A DNA stretch of 64,000 bases, from positions 32,001 to 96,000 of IMG/VR virus record IMGVR_UViG_3300036845_000721, one strand, 5' to 3'. The first letter of the stretch is position 1, and each line of letters begins with the position of its first letter. Of the stretch, positions 26,482 to 37,544 are shown piece by piece. The position numbers were made by a program, and so were the translations under genes. This stretch comes from a virus. Under the pieces are notes generated by a model. The model was not told the origin of the DNA, made no database searches, and saw nothing but the letters and a program-made list of their open reading frames with translations.

Positions 26482-29400
26482 GACCGCATCTCCCCGGGCA
26501 GGTACTCGGTGACTACCGCGCCGTCCTCGGACCGGAACGCGTCCCGGGGCTGCGGCGGCATGGTCTCGAATCCGGCCCCGGCCAGCGCTATCCGCAGCCG
26601 GGCCAGCGCCAGGCCGCCGCGCGGCGCGGCGAGCACGGCCACCACCGGGACGGTGACGAGCCACGCCCCGCGGCCGTCTTCGTATGCCGTCCGGGCGCTA
26701 GGCAGGTCGTACAGGTCGAAGCCCAGGTGGATCACGCTCGCCGCGACCGCCGCGACCGCCTCCAGCCCGTTAACGGCGGCCTGCCGGGCGGTCACCCGGG
26801 CCAGCACGTTCCAGGCCCGTTCCTCGTCATCGCTGTCGTCGTCGCGCTGGTACCAGTCCAGCAGCTCGTTGGCGGCGTCCACCGCGTCGCGGAGGATGAC
26901 GGCCGGGTCGTACAGGCCGCCTTCCTCGTCCGGCTCGGGCAGCCGGTCCAGGTATTCGACCGACTGGACCTGGCCGCCCAGCCAGGGCGCGCCAGGGTGG
27001 TCCTCGTCCGGCGGGCGGATGATGACCCGCCAGGCATCGATCTCGCCGTCGCCGTTGGCGAGCGAATCGACCGCCATCTCGCACGGTCCGGTGATCAGCG
27101 GCTCGCCCTCGCCGGGATGGATGGCCGCGTCCAGGGCCATCATCGCGTCATGGTCGGTCTCCACCGGGTGGCAGGCCGCCAGCTCCGGCAGCCGGGATTC
27201 GTCCAGCGTGAATCGCTGTGTCATGGTCCTGTCTCCTGATCTGTCTGCCGTCGTTTTACTGTTATTGCCGGGTAAGTCCGGGCCGGGAAGAACCAGCGGA
27301 TAACCCGCTGGTACTGCGGGCACTCGCATTTCGAGCAGTCCTCGCCCAGCCGGTGGTGCTGGTGCGCCTCGTACGCGTGACCGCAGCGGCAGGCCGGTTT
27401 CGGCTTCATAGCCTTTGCCATACCCGGCCATGCTCTAACTCGCCAGCCCTTCGACCGCCCGGCGGTAATCGCCGTAGATACCCTCGGCAGCCGCTCGCGC
27501 GGCGTCCTGGCTGTCATGCGGCTCGTCGGCGGTCAGGTAGCCGGGAACCCGGACCTCCAGCACCACCCCCGCCGGGCCGTCCGCGCGGCGGATGCGGAAC
27601 CAGCCCCGCTCCAGCCGGGTCACCGCTACCGGCACGCCGCGCTCGGTCACCCGGCCGTCCAGCGGCGCGCTCATTCCCCGTCACGGCGGAACTGCGCCCA
27701 CCCGCCCGCGTAGTGCAGCTCGATGCCCGCGGCCACCTGCGCGTCGGTCAGGTCCGCGACATCCTCCGCCTCATAGAGGTCGGCCCACTCGCAGTCCGCG
27801 ATCCAGCTCCGCGCCGCGCTCAGCACCGCCGGCGGGACGCGCCGGACCCGGGACAGCGGCCGGGCGATGCCGGGCAGGCCCGGGCCGTTCGCGGTCAGCA
27901 CGGAGGCGACGACGGCATCGCTGCCCGGGTCCTCGTCCAGGTAGCTGGCGAAGACGCACAGATGCTGCCTGCCGTCCGGGTCCGCGCACTCGATGACCTG
28001 GCCCGGCTCGAACACGGGCACGACCCGTGCCCGGTCCTGCACGAACGCCTCGCCCGCGCTGCGGTCGCCGGCCACCGCCAGCCAGATGCCGAGGGTGCCG
28101 TAGTCGCCGACGACCTCCATGAGATCGCCGTCGTACCGGACCAGCTCGCCCGGCTCGTACTCAACGCCGGCCAGCGGCAGCAGCCTGTCTCCCCCCTCGT
28201 CGTGGAATGCCCGGACCTCACTGTCGATGCTCTCGGCGGCCGGGCCGTGCTCGCCGGAGATCCACGCGGACGGGAACTCGCCGCGCTCGGCCATCCAGCG
28301 GGCCGCCTCGTAGATCGCCACCTGCCGGTCCGGGTAGGCGTGCCGGGTCTCGGCCGCCCACGACAGCCAGTACTTGCCCCGGTACAGGTTCACGTACAGG
28401 TCGTTCTCGTCCGGTCGCTCGTCCCAGTCGTCCGCGACCTTGCCGGCCTGCCCGGTTGCCGTGGCCAGCGCCCCGGTCAGCCGGTCCGCGTCGTCGGCGG
28501 TGCGCCCGCACCGGACCCGCACGGTGCCGTCATCGGTCTTGATGATCAGCGTGACGTCGCCGTCCTCGTCCTCGGTGCGCCAGGCCTGGATGTCCAGTGT
28601 CTCCAGGGCGTTCAGCTCGATATTCATGTCAGATCTCCTGATCGTGGATCGGATTTTCCGGTCGCCCGGAATGTTCGGTTACGGCTGCGCCCGCCACGCC
28701 AGCACTGCCGCGACGATGACGACGAGGACGACGATCCCGGCTGCGGTCAGGCCCTCGCCCAGCCCTGTGACCCAGCCGGGCATCACCGGGACCGCCTTTG
28801 CACGGAACTGAGGAACACCGGCACGCGCCGGCCGCTCCGGGACAGCACGACGACATCCCCGCTCCGCTGCGGGTCGTCCGGGTTGTCCACCGGGCCTTCG
28901 TAGGTGCCGTTGAACCAGCGCAGTCTGCCCAGCTCCCGGAATTGCACTGGCTCGCCCGGGGTCAGCGGGACCAGCCGGTTCTCCAGCTTGCGGAAGATGT
29001 CGTCATCCCCCCGGCTGAACCTGGCGTACTCCTCGCGGATCTCAGCTAGGATCTCCGAGATGGCCTCGGGGGCCATGCCCGGCGGGTTCGCGCGGACCGC
29101 GTCCGCCAGCTTCCGCAGCGCGATCAGCTCGCGCAGGTTGGCGGCCGGCGTGCTGCCCGCGCCGTAGTTCACCGCCGAGACGTGCAGGAAAGCGGTGTCC
29201 CTGCGGTTCCGGTCGGCGACCGCCAGCGCGTCAACGGCGGCCAGCGCCCCGGCTACGGTGATGGTGGTCTCGGTCTCCATGGTCATGCCTCCATTCGCCC
29301 GGTGCCCTGCAGCACCCGGATAACGTCTTGCCGCTGCTCCATCGCTTCCTGCCAGCCGCTGCTCGGGTAGCGCCCGGACAGGATGGCCGCGATGGCGTCC

Positions 29401-30492
29401 AGCGCCCCGGACTCCGGCGTGGTGCGCTTCTCGGCCGCGTTCAGCTTGGCCGCCGCGCGCTGGGCTGAGCTGTAGCTGGCGTAGCGGACCAGGGTGTCGG
29501 CCGCGCTGAGGTAGTACCGGTCCCGGACCGGAACCCGGTCGCTCTCCGCGCCAGCCCCCCGGATCAGGAACCAGTGCCGCTTGCCCGCGCCGTTGCTGGC
29601 CGGCTGCCAGGGCGGCAGCGCGAGGCCGTTGTCTTCGCCGAGGAAGGCCAGGATCTCGCGGGCGAACCGGGCCAGGTCGCCGGCGGATGGCCGGATGCTG
29701 ACGTAGCTGCCGCTCCCCGGCTTCTCCGCGTGCAGGCCGGGGCTGTCAGGCGTCCCCTCCAGGTACAGGTACGCACCCGTGCGGAGGCTGTCCCAGGCGG
29801 TATGGCCCCAGAGTCTCGCGTGGCCGTGGGCTGGCAGCTCCGGCAGCCCGGTGTCGGCAGTGGTCTCGGTCATGTACTGTCTCCTGTCTTCGTTCCGAAC
29901 ACGTCCGCCTCGGTGAGAGGTGCGGCGCTGGTGATGCCGGCGTTCGCCAGCTTGCGGGCCAGCCCCAGCACGGAGCTGCGCTCGCCCAGCGTGTACTCGC
30001 CCTCGCTGGCGATGTCGGCGCGCATGCCGACCGCCAGCCCGATCGGGTACGCGGCGGCCGGCGGGATGACCAGCACCCCGTCTTCGACCCGGGCGCCGGC
30101 CTCCGCCGCCGCGGCCATGCTCTCGCTGCCGCTGGCGATCAGGTCGGCCAGCCATTCCGCCTGGCGCGGCGTGACCGGGATGCGGATATCGGTTTTGTCT
30201 GTCATTGTCAGCTGCCTCCGGTCAGGCCGCGCTGGATCGCGTCCATGATCGCGGACGCGGCCTCGCGGCAGCCGATTGTCTGGGCGTAGTCGGACTGCAG
30301 GTTCCACTCGTGGATCACGCTGATCACTTCGATCAGGGCGGTGGCGAACGCGGCCACGGTCGGGTCGGCGGCTGCGCGGGCATGGGCCAGGGCCGCGCTC
30401 AGCTGCCCTTCCACGTCCGCCGGGCCGGGGAACAGCGCCCGCAGCTTGCTGGCGGCGGCGGCGAAGTCCGGGTCCGGGGGTGTGCTGCTCAT
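26478..30492 (-). other. run of short hypothetical genes: 26478-27224, 27435-27674, 27671-28627, 28783-29286, 29283-29873, 29870-30205, 30208-30492
   Basis: Overlap-coupled ORFs with headers at ~27230, 28633, 29877, 30509. Confidence 0.65.
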
Positions 30493-30537
30493 CGCGTTGT
30501 CCTCCTGTGTTCTCGGGTGCCGAGTGCAGAATTGCAC

Positions 30538-30996
30538 TCAGGCGGCCAGCAGGGCCGGCGTCTTGCGCTTGCGCCGGTACCGTTTCGGGATGATCGACAG
30601 CCCGGTCCGAGTGCCGGGATTGCAGCGCGGGCACAGCTTCGGTCCGTAGTTCCGGTCCTTGAGCGCCTTCTCGTGCTCCTCGGTGGCGCTCGCCCAGATC
30701 CGGACGATGGTGAACTCGGTGCCCGCCCCGGTGACCACGGCCAGCAGCCGCGCGCCGCGCCCGGCCCGGTGCTGCCTGATCCGGTCCGCGACCCCGGCCG
30801 CCTGCTCGCCGGTCAGGTACCGGCAGGTGATCCGGGTCTGCATCGCGGCCCGGACCTCGGCCATGATCTCCGGGACGGCGAGCGCCGGGTCATCGGGGTA
30901 GGCGAAGCCGAGGTAATGCCGGGCGTGCTGGTAGGGATTGTCCGCCCAGCACACCAGGTACAGCGCGCCGCGCCGCCGGTACCGGCGCCGGCTCAC
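30538..30996 (-). CDS. GIY-YIG-like endonuclease
   Basis: ALYLVCW...HARHYLGFA...RIRQHRAGRGARLL...E..LK pattern. Confidence 0.65.
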   Translation of the reverse strand: MSRRRYRRRGALYLVCWADNPYQHARHYLGFAYPDDPALAVPEIMAEVRAAMQTRITCRYLTGEQAAGVADRIRQHRAGRGARLLAVVTGAGTEFTIVRIWASATEEHEKALKDRNYGPKLCPRCNPGTRTGLSIIPKRYRRKRKTPALLAA

Positions 30997-31433
30997 GCGT
31001 CCCGCTCCGGATCGTGCAGCCCCGGCCACATGCTGCCGCGCGGCGGCGCCTGCGGGCAGGCCAGCCGGTCGATCTCGTCCCGGCCGTCGTCACGCGGCGG
31101 CCGTGCCCAGGCATCGCTCTGATCGGCCCACAGCCCGTCAGCGCCCTGCTCGATGTCTGCCCGGCAGTACCGGCACCTGCGCACCAGGGCATCGGTCCCG
31201 GCGTGCATGCCCGGGGCCAGGTCGCGGATTACTCGGCCGTCGCCCGCGTTCCGCCAGTAGTAGCCGTTCTCGTCCGGGCTGCGCGTCTCGTCATCGGCCG
31301 AGATGCTGACACGGGTCACCTGCCGGCCCAGCCGGTCGGTCAGGCCGATGACGACGTTGACGATGCAGCCGGGCAGCTCGATGTGCAGCCGGTCCCCGCT
31401 GCGGTTGCGCTCGCCGAACACGATGGTTTTCAC
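30993..31433 (-). CDS. hypothetical protein
   Basis: GTG after doubled CAGGAGACAGGAGACA header. Confidence 0.6.
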   Translation of the reverse strand: MKTIVFGERNRSGDRLHIELPGCIVNVVIGLTDRLGRQVTRVSISADDETRSPDENGYYWRNAGDGRVIRDLAPGMHAGTDALVRRCRYCRADIEQGADGLWADQSDAWARPPRDDGRDEIDRLACPQAPPRGSMWPGLHDPERDA

Positions 31434-31846
31434 GGTCTGTCTCCTGTCTCCTGATCTTTCCGGGCCGCCCGCCGCCGGGTGTAGTCCTGCACGATGCCCA
31501 GGAACACGCGGTCCTTGAACAGCTCGCCGGCGGGCAGCTGCGAGTAGTCGTCCACCAGGCACGGGTGCGTCTTCCTCACGGGGTCCTTGACGTCGCCCCG
31601 CTTCCAGCCGTCCTTGCGCTTGGCAGCCGCCCAGCGCTGCCACAGCTGTTCCGCCGTGACGCCCGCCAGGACCGCGAGCACGCTGTCCCGGGTGGACTCC
31701 GCCATCCACCCGGGCGCGTCTTCCAGGCGCGGTGTCGGAGCCTCCGGCGGGCTGCCGGTACCGAGCTGGAGCCACCAGATCGCGCTGTTGCACGCGGCGA
31801 CCAGTTCCTCTAGCTCAGCGTCGCTTAGTCCCGGCACGGCGGTCAC
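31430..31846 (-). CDS. RyR (ryanodine-receptor repeat) domain protein
   Basis: W...K...GWKRGDVKDPVRKTHPCLVDDYSQLP...KD matches the RyR repeat signature; GTG start overlaps the upstream stop. Confidence 0.8.
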   Translation of the reverse strand: MTAVPGLSDAELEELVAACNSAIWWLQLGTGSPPEAPTPRLEDAPGWMAESTRDSVLAVLAGVTAEQLWQRWAAAKRKDGWKRGDVKDPVRKTHPCLVDDYSQLPAGELFKDRVFLGIVQDYTRRRAARKDQETGDRP

Positions 31847-34800
31847 CCGGCTGGCTGGCAGGTGCAGTGCTTGTCCAGCCCGGAGCCCTGCAGCCCGCAG
31901 TCGCCGGCGTGCACGACCGGGGCCGCCTCGGTCACGGCCGGGTAGAAGCCCTGGCTGATGCCGTCCAGCAGCTTCGCCATCGCCTCCGAGAACGTGGACA
32001 GCGGCTTGCCCATCGCTATCCCCAGGTGGGTGTAGCGCGCGGTCAGTTCCGCGCTGGCCGTGTACGTCCCGGGCCGCAGGGCCGCGTCGTACGACGCGAT
32101 CCAGTAGATGGTCCATTTCTCGGACGTATTGTCCGACCGGATGAACCAGCGCGGGTCACGCTTCAGGACGTACGCCCGGCCCGCGAGCTCCCGGCTGTAG
32201 GGCAGGCTTGCCCGCCGGAAGTTCACCCCGTACGGGGGAATCTGGCCTGTCATTGCTGTCTCCTGATCTTGTAGTTGTTCCGGTTGACCGGAAATTCAGA
32301 GGTCGGTGATCTCGGACGCGCGTCCGTGCGGGTCGGGGACCGGGGATACCCAGCCGTGGCTGGCTGCCCAGTTCCGCCGGGCGGCCATGGCGTCGATCTC
32401 GTCGGCCAGCTCCGGGTCACGCCATCCGGCCGCATCGAACTCGGCTTCCAGCCGGTTCAGCTCGGCGGCGGCCTCCGCTGTCCACGGGCCGGGGCAGTCG
32501 TGGTCGGCCGCCATGCCGATCAGGACCGCCAGCTCGTCGCCGTCCTGCACATCGCACAGCCGCAGCCCGCACACGGTGTGGACCAGCTCCAGGTCATCCT
32601 TGGCCGGGTCACCGGAGTCCAGGGCCTCGAACTGGCCCAGGAACGCGCCGGCCTCCGCGATGCCGACGTCCCATACCATCGGCGTCTGCGTTACCGGCGG
32701 GTAGTGGTCCGGGTTGTTCAGCGCGTGCGCGACAGCCCCGGGGATATCCAGGGTGCCGTCCGGCGTAGTGATCGTGATGAGCAGCATCGTTTTCACGAGG
32801 TCTCCTCGCGGTGCTCCCGCACGGACTCGCGCAGGCTCTCCGGGATCTGCCCCAGCGGCACGCCCGCGTACGCGAGCCAGGCCGGGATCACGGGGTCGGC
32901 GGTTCCGGTGCCGTCGCCGCCTTCCTCGCCCTCGTGATAGCCCGAGATCAGGAACTCCGGGTCGCTGCCCTGGCGGAGGAGCGCGTCACGCATCTCAGCC
33001 CGGGTCAGTTCCCTGTTGGACACGACGTGCCGGACCTCGCCGGAGGCACCGTCGTTGACGTTGATGGCAGCCGCCTCGTCCGGGCTCATCGGCCGGTCCG
33101 ACAGGACTTCGACCTTGAAGACGTTCTGGTAGTAGCGCTCCATTCGGCTCTCCTCGCTGTTGTTGTTGTACGGGTGGCCCAGCATCGCCAGCAGCCGGGC
33201 CAGGTGACCGGCGCAGTCGTGGCCGGCCTCGATCTCGGCGTCGTTGCTGTCACCGCTGGCGGCGTCGTCCAGCGTGGCCAGCGCCTCGTGCATGGCCTCG
33301 ATGTCGGCGGCGGGCAGGTCCAGGTCCAGGATCGGCTCGGTGAAGGTCTGGACGTCCCCGGCCGGCACACTGGCGTCCTCCGGGTCAGCGTCCACGAACG
33401 AGGCCTTACCGCGCGGCGCGACGCAGGTCAGCCTGTAGACCAGGCCGGGCGGGTCGTCCGCGCTCTCCTCCACGGTGTTGTCGCGGACGTTGAACTCCAT
33501 CAGCCCCTCGGCTGCGCGCCGGGCGGCGGCGTAGTCCGGTGCGCCGATGCGGAAGGTGGCGACGGCGACGATGTCGAACGTGTACTCCGTGAGCGCGGTG
33601 TGCTCGGTCACCCAGACGGCGACGGCGGCCTTCGCCCCGCTCTCGCCGTCTGCCCCGCCTTCCGCCAGCACCGCGTCATCGCCCTCGTCTACGTCGTTCC
33701 ACCGGTTGTAGACCGTCCAGCCCCATGGCTGGTGGCCGTCCCGGCCGTCTGGTGCGACTGACGCCCAGGACGCGCCGCCGGGGCTGCCGATGGCGGTCAG
33801 GTCGGTTTCCTGGTCGTGGTTGGCTTCGTCCGCGCTGGCGGACAGGGTCCAGGTCAGGTTCATTTCTGGTCTCCGGCCCACTTGAGCAGACGGCTCGCCA
33901 TCCGCTTGTCTTCGGCCGGGGCGTACGTCCAGGCCGTAACCTGCCCGGCGATCTGCCGTGCGATGACGGGCATCAGGCCGGCGCGGACGGCCAGGTCGCC
34001 CAGCGCGAGCCGCTGGTTCTCGGCGGCGTCCGGCTCGTAGAAGTAGTGGCCGGCGGTGTAGCCCAGCTGGCCGTCTGTGCTGCCGTCCAGCCGGAACGCC
34101 ATCCAGGTCACCCACTGGCGGCCGTCGTCCTGCTGGGCTGCCACGTACCAGCTGTGCAGCAGGCCCGGGGTGGCGGGCGATCCGGGCAGCACCGCCCGGA
34201 TGGTGTACCCCTGGTTGCTGGTCACGTCCGGTCGCGGCGGCGCGGTCTTCTCGGGCCTGATATCGGTGTCGTTCATCGGTTCTGTCTCCTGTTCCTGATC
34301 CTGATCCTGGGGTCTGACATTTTCCGGTCAGCCGGAAAGTCAGCCCTGCTGCTGGCTGACGTTGATGAGGATGTCTCCGAGGTACGCCAGGATCGCGGCA
34401 GCCTGCTGGTCGCTGGCGTAGATGACGACGCTGCCGCCCAGTCCTGCCTCGGCGTTGATCCCGGCCTCCCGGAACTTCGCGGCCATCGCCTCGGCGTCCT
34501 GCTGCAACGTATCCGGCTCACGGTCCGGGACCTCACGGTCCGGGACTTCGCGGACCACCAGGTCCCAGACGGTCATGTAGGTCTCGCCGCCGCTGACCAT
34601 GACCTTGCCGGTGCGGCCGTCGCCCGGCGCGCGGGTGGCGCACTGGAAGGTACCGGTGTCGCCCCGGAAGTCGGTCACGGTGTCGCCGCGCCGGACCTCG
34701 GTGCCATCGCTCTTGCGGTATGCCCTGAGCATTTGCTGTCTCCTGTCCTTATTGCACGTCGTGACGGGGGGACATCCGCGTCCGGTGCGTGCCGTGGTCG

Positions 34801-35048
34801 ATGTCCGTGAGGTGGGTCCGCTGCTTGCCGTTCTTGTGCTTCCACGGGATGGCGTCCGGGCTGGCCAGGATTTCCGCGAGCGTGTAACGCCGGGTCACGT
34901 AGCCGAAGTTGTTCAGCGTCACCGCCCCGGTGATCACCCACTGGCCGCTCGGCGTGTCGTAGGGCGGGGGCACGTCGTGCCGCTGCACCTGGCCGTTGTC
35001 GTGCAGCGTCCACCGTGAGCCGTCCTGGTTGATGATGGTTCTGGGCAT
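31843..35048 (-). other. run of hypothetical genes: 31843-32253, 32296-32796, 32793-33863, 33860-34276, 34340-34732, 34749-35048
   Basis: Coupled ORFs with headers at ~32257, 34283, 34737, 35052. Confidence 0.65.
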
Positions 35049-35064
35049 TTGCTGCCTCCTGTTC

Positions 35065-36027
35065 TCAGATGTCCTCGGCCAGCTGCTCCGTCAGCCCGGC
35101 CAGTTCCTCGTACGCGGCTGCTGCCTGGTCAGCCCGCTCGGCGGAGTCGGTGAACATCTGCGCCATCTGCCGCAGGCCGCCTGGCGTTGGCAGCAGGCTG
35201 ATCGCGTGCTCGCGCCGCAGCCGCTTCCGCAGCCGCTTCGCCAGCCGCGCCCCGGCGTCTATCAGCCGGGCCGCCGCGCGCACGTGCAGCCGGGCACGCG
35301 GCTGCAGCGCCGCCTCGCACTCGGCGGCTGTCTCGCGCATCCGCTCGGCGTAAACCTCCAGCGCGGTGCCCAGCACGCCGCTGTGCCGGAAGTCGAAGTC
35401 CGTGAGCGCGAGCACGAGATCCGCGGCGGTCTTACGGACGGTGGCGGCCGTGTGCTCCAGGCCGTCTGCGGTCTCGTTCGCGGCCTCGGTCACGGCCTCC
35501 CAGCCGAGGAAGCCGCAGCAGTCGGCCCGCTCGCTGCCGTGCTCGTCGGTGACCGTGTACGCGTACGTCTCGCCGTTCAGCCAGAAGCCGTAGGTCTCCA
35601 CCTCGGCCTCGATCATCCGCTGGGCCTGGGCGAGCTGTTCCGCTGAGCCGTCCCAGTCCGTGCCCTGGCAGTCGGCCCAGATTTCCGGGGTGATGTAGGC
35701 CAGGCCCAGCTGCCCGGAATCCCACGGGTCGCGGAACGGGTTGCCGCCGCCCACCGGGGCCACGCTCAGCGCCAGGCCGCTGTGATCGATCATGAAGACG
35801 GCCATGACGTACAGCGCGCCCTGCCGGGTCAGGAAGTCTGCTATCTCGCTCCAGCCGCCGAAGTCGTCCGGGCTTACGTCCGGGTCGTTCGGCAGCGTGT
35901 ACCGGCGGTGGAACAGGGCCAGCGCGCAGCCGGGGCTGGCGTCCTCGTGCGGGTTGCCGGCGTCCGGGTCGTGCTCGATGTCAACGGTGAATCCGTTGCG
36001 CTCGTAGCTTTCCAGGGTGGTGGTCAT
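35065..36027 (-). CDS. hypothetical protein with DHSG...WDSGQ motif (mobile-element early-gene type)
   Basis: MIDHSGLAL...DPWDSGQLG...YGFWLNGETYAY...CCGFLG; header at 36033. Confidence 0.7.
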   Translation of the reverse strand: MTTTLESYERNGFTVDIEHDPDAGNPHEDASPGCALALFHRRYTLPNDPDVSPDDFGGWSEIADFLTRQGALYVMAVFMIDHSGLALSVAPVGGGNPFRDPWDSGQLGLAYITPEIWADCQGTDWDGSAEQLAQAQRMIEAEVETYGFWLNGETYAYTVTDEHGSERADCCGFLGWEAVTEAANETADGLEHTAATVRKTAADLVLALTDFDFRHSGVLGTALEVYAERMRETAAECEAALQPRARLHVRAAARLIDAGARLAKRLRKRLRREHAISLLPTPGGLRQMAQMFTDSAERADQAAAAYEELAGLTEQLAEDI

Positions 36028-36049
36028 CGGTTCTGTCTCCTGTTTCTGT

Positions 36050-36376
36050 TCAGCGGCCCGTGCGGCGGCGCTGCCTGCGCAGCGCCCACGAGACGGTAAG
36101 GACGATCGCGCCGGGGATCAGCAGCCCGGCCGGGAAGGGCCAGAGCAGCAGCAGTACCAGCCCGAGACCCAGGCTGATCTCGGTGTAGGCCAGCACCAGG
36201 CCGGTCACGGCGAGCGGGCTGGTGCGCCGGCCCGCATCCCGGGCGGCGTAGTTGGACAGGTGCCCGAACAGCAGCCCGAACGGGAAGACGAACAGGCCGC
36301 CGAGCAGCGCGCACACGGCCAGCGCGTCATTGCGCGCCTCGGCCGGCTCTGGGCGGACGGGGGAGATCTGGTTCAT
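36050..36376 (-). CDS. small membrane protein
   Basis: Hydrophobic segments (LAVCALLGGLFVFPFGLLFG; LGLVLLLLWPF); header and operator upstream. Confidence 0.65.
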   Translation of the reverse strand: MNQISPVRPEPAEARNDALAVCALLGGLFVFPFGLLFGHLSNYAARDAGRRTSPLAVTGLVLAYTEISLGLGLVLLLLWPFPAGLLIPGAIVLTVSWALRRQRRRTGR

Positions 36377-36428
36377 GGTGAGGGTGTCTCCTGATCGTTG
36401 AAGGTTGCCGAGTGCAGGATTGCACTCG

Positions 36429-37505
36429 CTAGCTGGCGGGCCAGGTTCCGAACACGGCCGGGTCCGGCTCCGGGCCGTCCCCGTCCGGGCTCTCGTCCGG
36501 GACGCGGGCTAGCGGCTCGCCCAGCTCGTCCACTTCATGCAGTACCCGGCAGGACCGGGCCTTGGCCTTGTCCCCGATCACGACCAGGGTCCGGCGGTCC
36601 ACCGCGCAGGCCAGGAACCGGGTCGCGCCGCCGTCGTAGCTGCGGGCGCCGGCCACCGTCGGGCTGAAGTGCAGGCCGCCGCCGCAGTGCTCGCCCGGCT
36701 CGTAGTCCTCCGCCGTGACCGTGGCCCCGATCCGGTACTCGGTCCCGTGGTAGGACAGCAGGCCATCGCGCACCGCCTTGAACATGACCACTTCGCCGTG
36801 CGCGGTGGCCAGCCCGTTGTCCCTGATCCACCGGTATCGTTCGGTGGCCTGGTGCAGCCAGGCGCGGCGCTCGGCCTCGGCGGCGTCCCGGCGGGCTTGC
36901 CGGGCTGCCTCCCGCTGACGCCTGATCTCCTCGGGATCGTTCAGCCGGCGCAGGCCGGCCGGGTTGATGACCTCGCCGTCGCCGTCCACCCTGATCCCGT
37001 CGGCGAACATGACCGGCATCTGTTTGGACCCGTAGTCCCGCTGCCCGGTGCCGTTGCAGTGATAGCACTCGGCCCAGCGCGACAGCGTGATCTTCGGCGG
37101 GAAAATCTGCCGGTGCCAGTAGCCGTCGTTATCGTCCCATCCGTGCTCGTAATACTCGCGGTAGCCGGGCTGAACGACCCGGCCGGCGCCGCTGCATATG
37201 CGGCACGTGCGCAGCTTCGGCGGCGTCCGCGGGTCGTTCTTGGTCCACACCGCCCAGATGCCGCGCTCGCTGTAGACGCGGGCCGGGCCGTAGCCGTTGA
37301 TCCGCTGCTTGGTCGTGGTCGTTTCCCAGCCGCCCGTGCTCAGCGTGAACGTGCCGTCCGGGTGGATCGTCACGACGTCGGTGTAGTGGTAGCGGATCGC
37401 GTAGCCGTTGCCGCGCGGGTACAGGTAGGTGTTATTGCCCAGCCGCCGCCGGCCGCTGCGGGAGCGGCGCATCAGCGCCTCGGCCTCGCTGAACGTGATT
37501 GTCAT
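36429..37505 (-). CDS. multidomain hypothetical protein with internal CxxCxGxG zinc finger
   Basis: N-terminal YHYTDVV..GGWET.TTKQRIN; CRICSGAG...CYHCNGTG; C-terminal CGGGLHFSP. Confidence 0.7.
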   Translation of the reverse strand: MTITFSEAEALMRRSRSGRRRLGNNTYLYPRGNGYAIRYHYTDVVTIHPDGTFTLSTGGWETTTTKQRINGYGPARVYSERGIWAVWTKNDPRTPPKLRTCRICSGAGRVVQPGYREYYEHGWDDNDGYWHRQIFPPKITLSRWAECYHCNGTGQRDYGSKQMPVMFADGIRVDGDGEVINPAGLRRLNDPEEIRRQREAARQARRDAAEAERRAWLHQATERYRWIRDNGLATAHGEVVMFKAVRDGLLSYHGTEYRIGATVTAEDYEPGEHCGGGLHFSPTVAGARSYDGGATRFLACAVDRRTLVVIGDKAKARSCRVLHEVDELGEPLARVPDESPDGDGPEPDPAVFGTWPAS

Positions 37506-37544
37506 CGGTGTCTCCTGATCTTGATTTTCCGGTCAGCCGGAAAG

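Noticed and set aside
34521-34550. 15-bp tandem duplication (REVPD x2), and RRELD repeats at ~40330-40480
   Set aside because: Simple intragenic amino-acid repeats with no further structure
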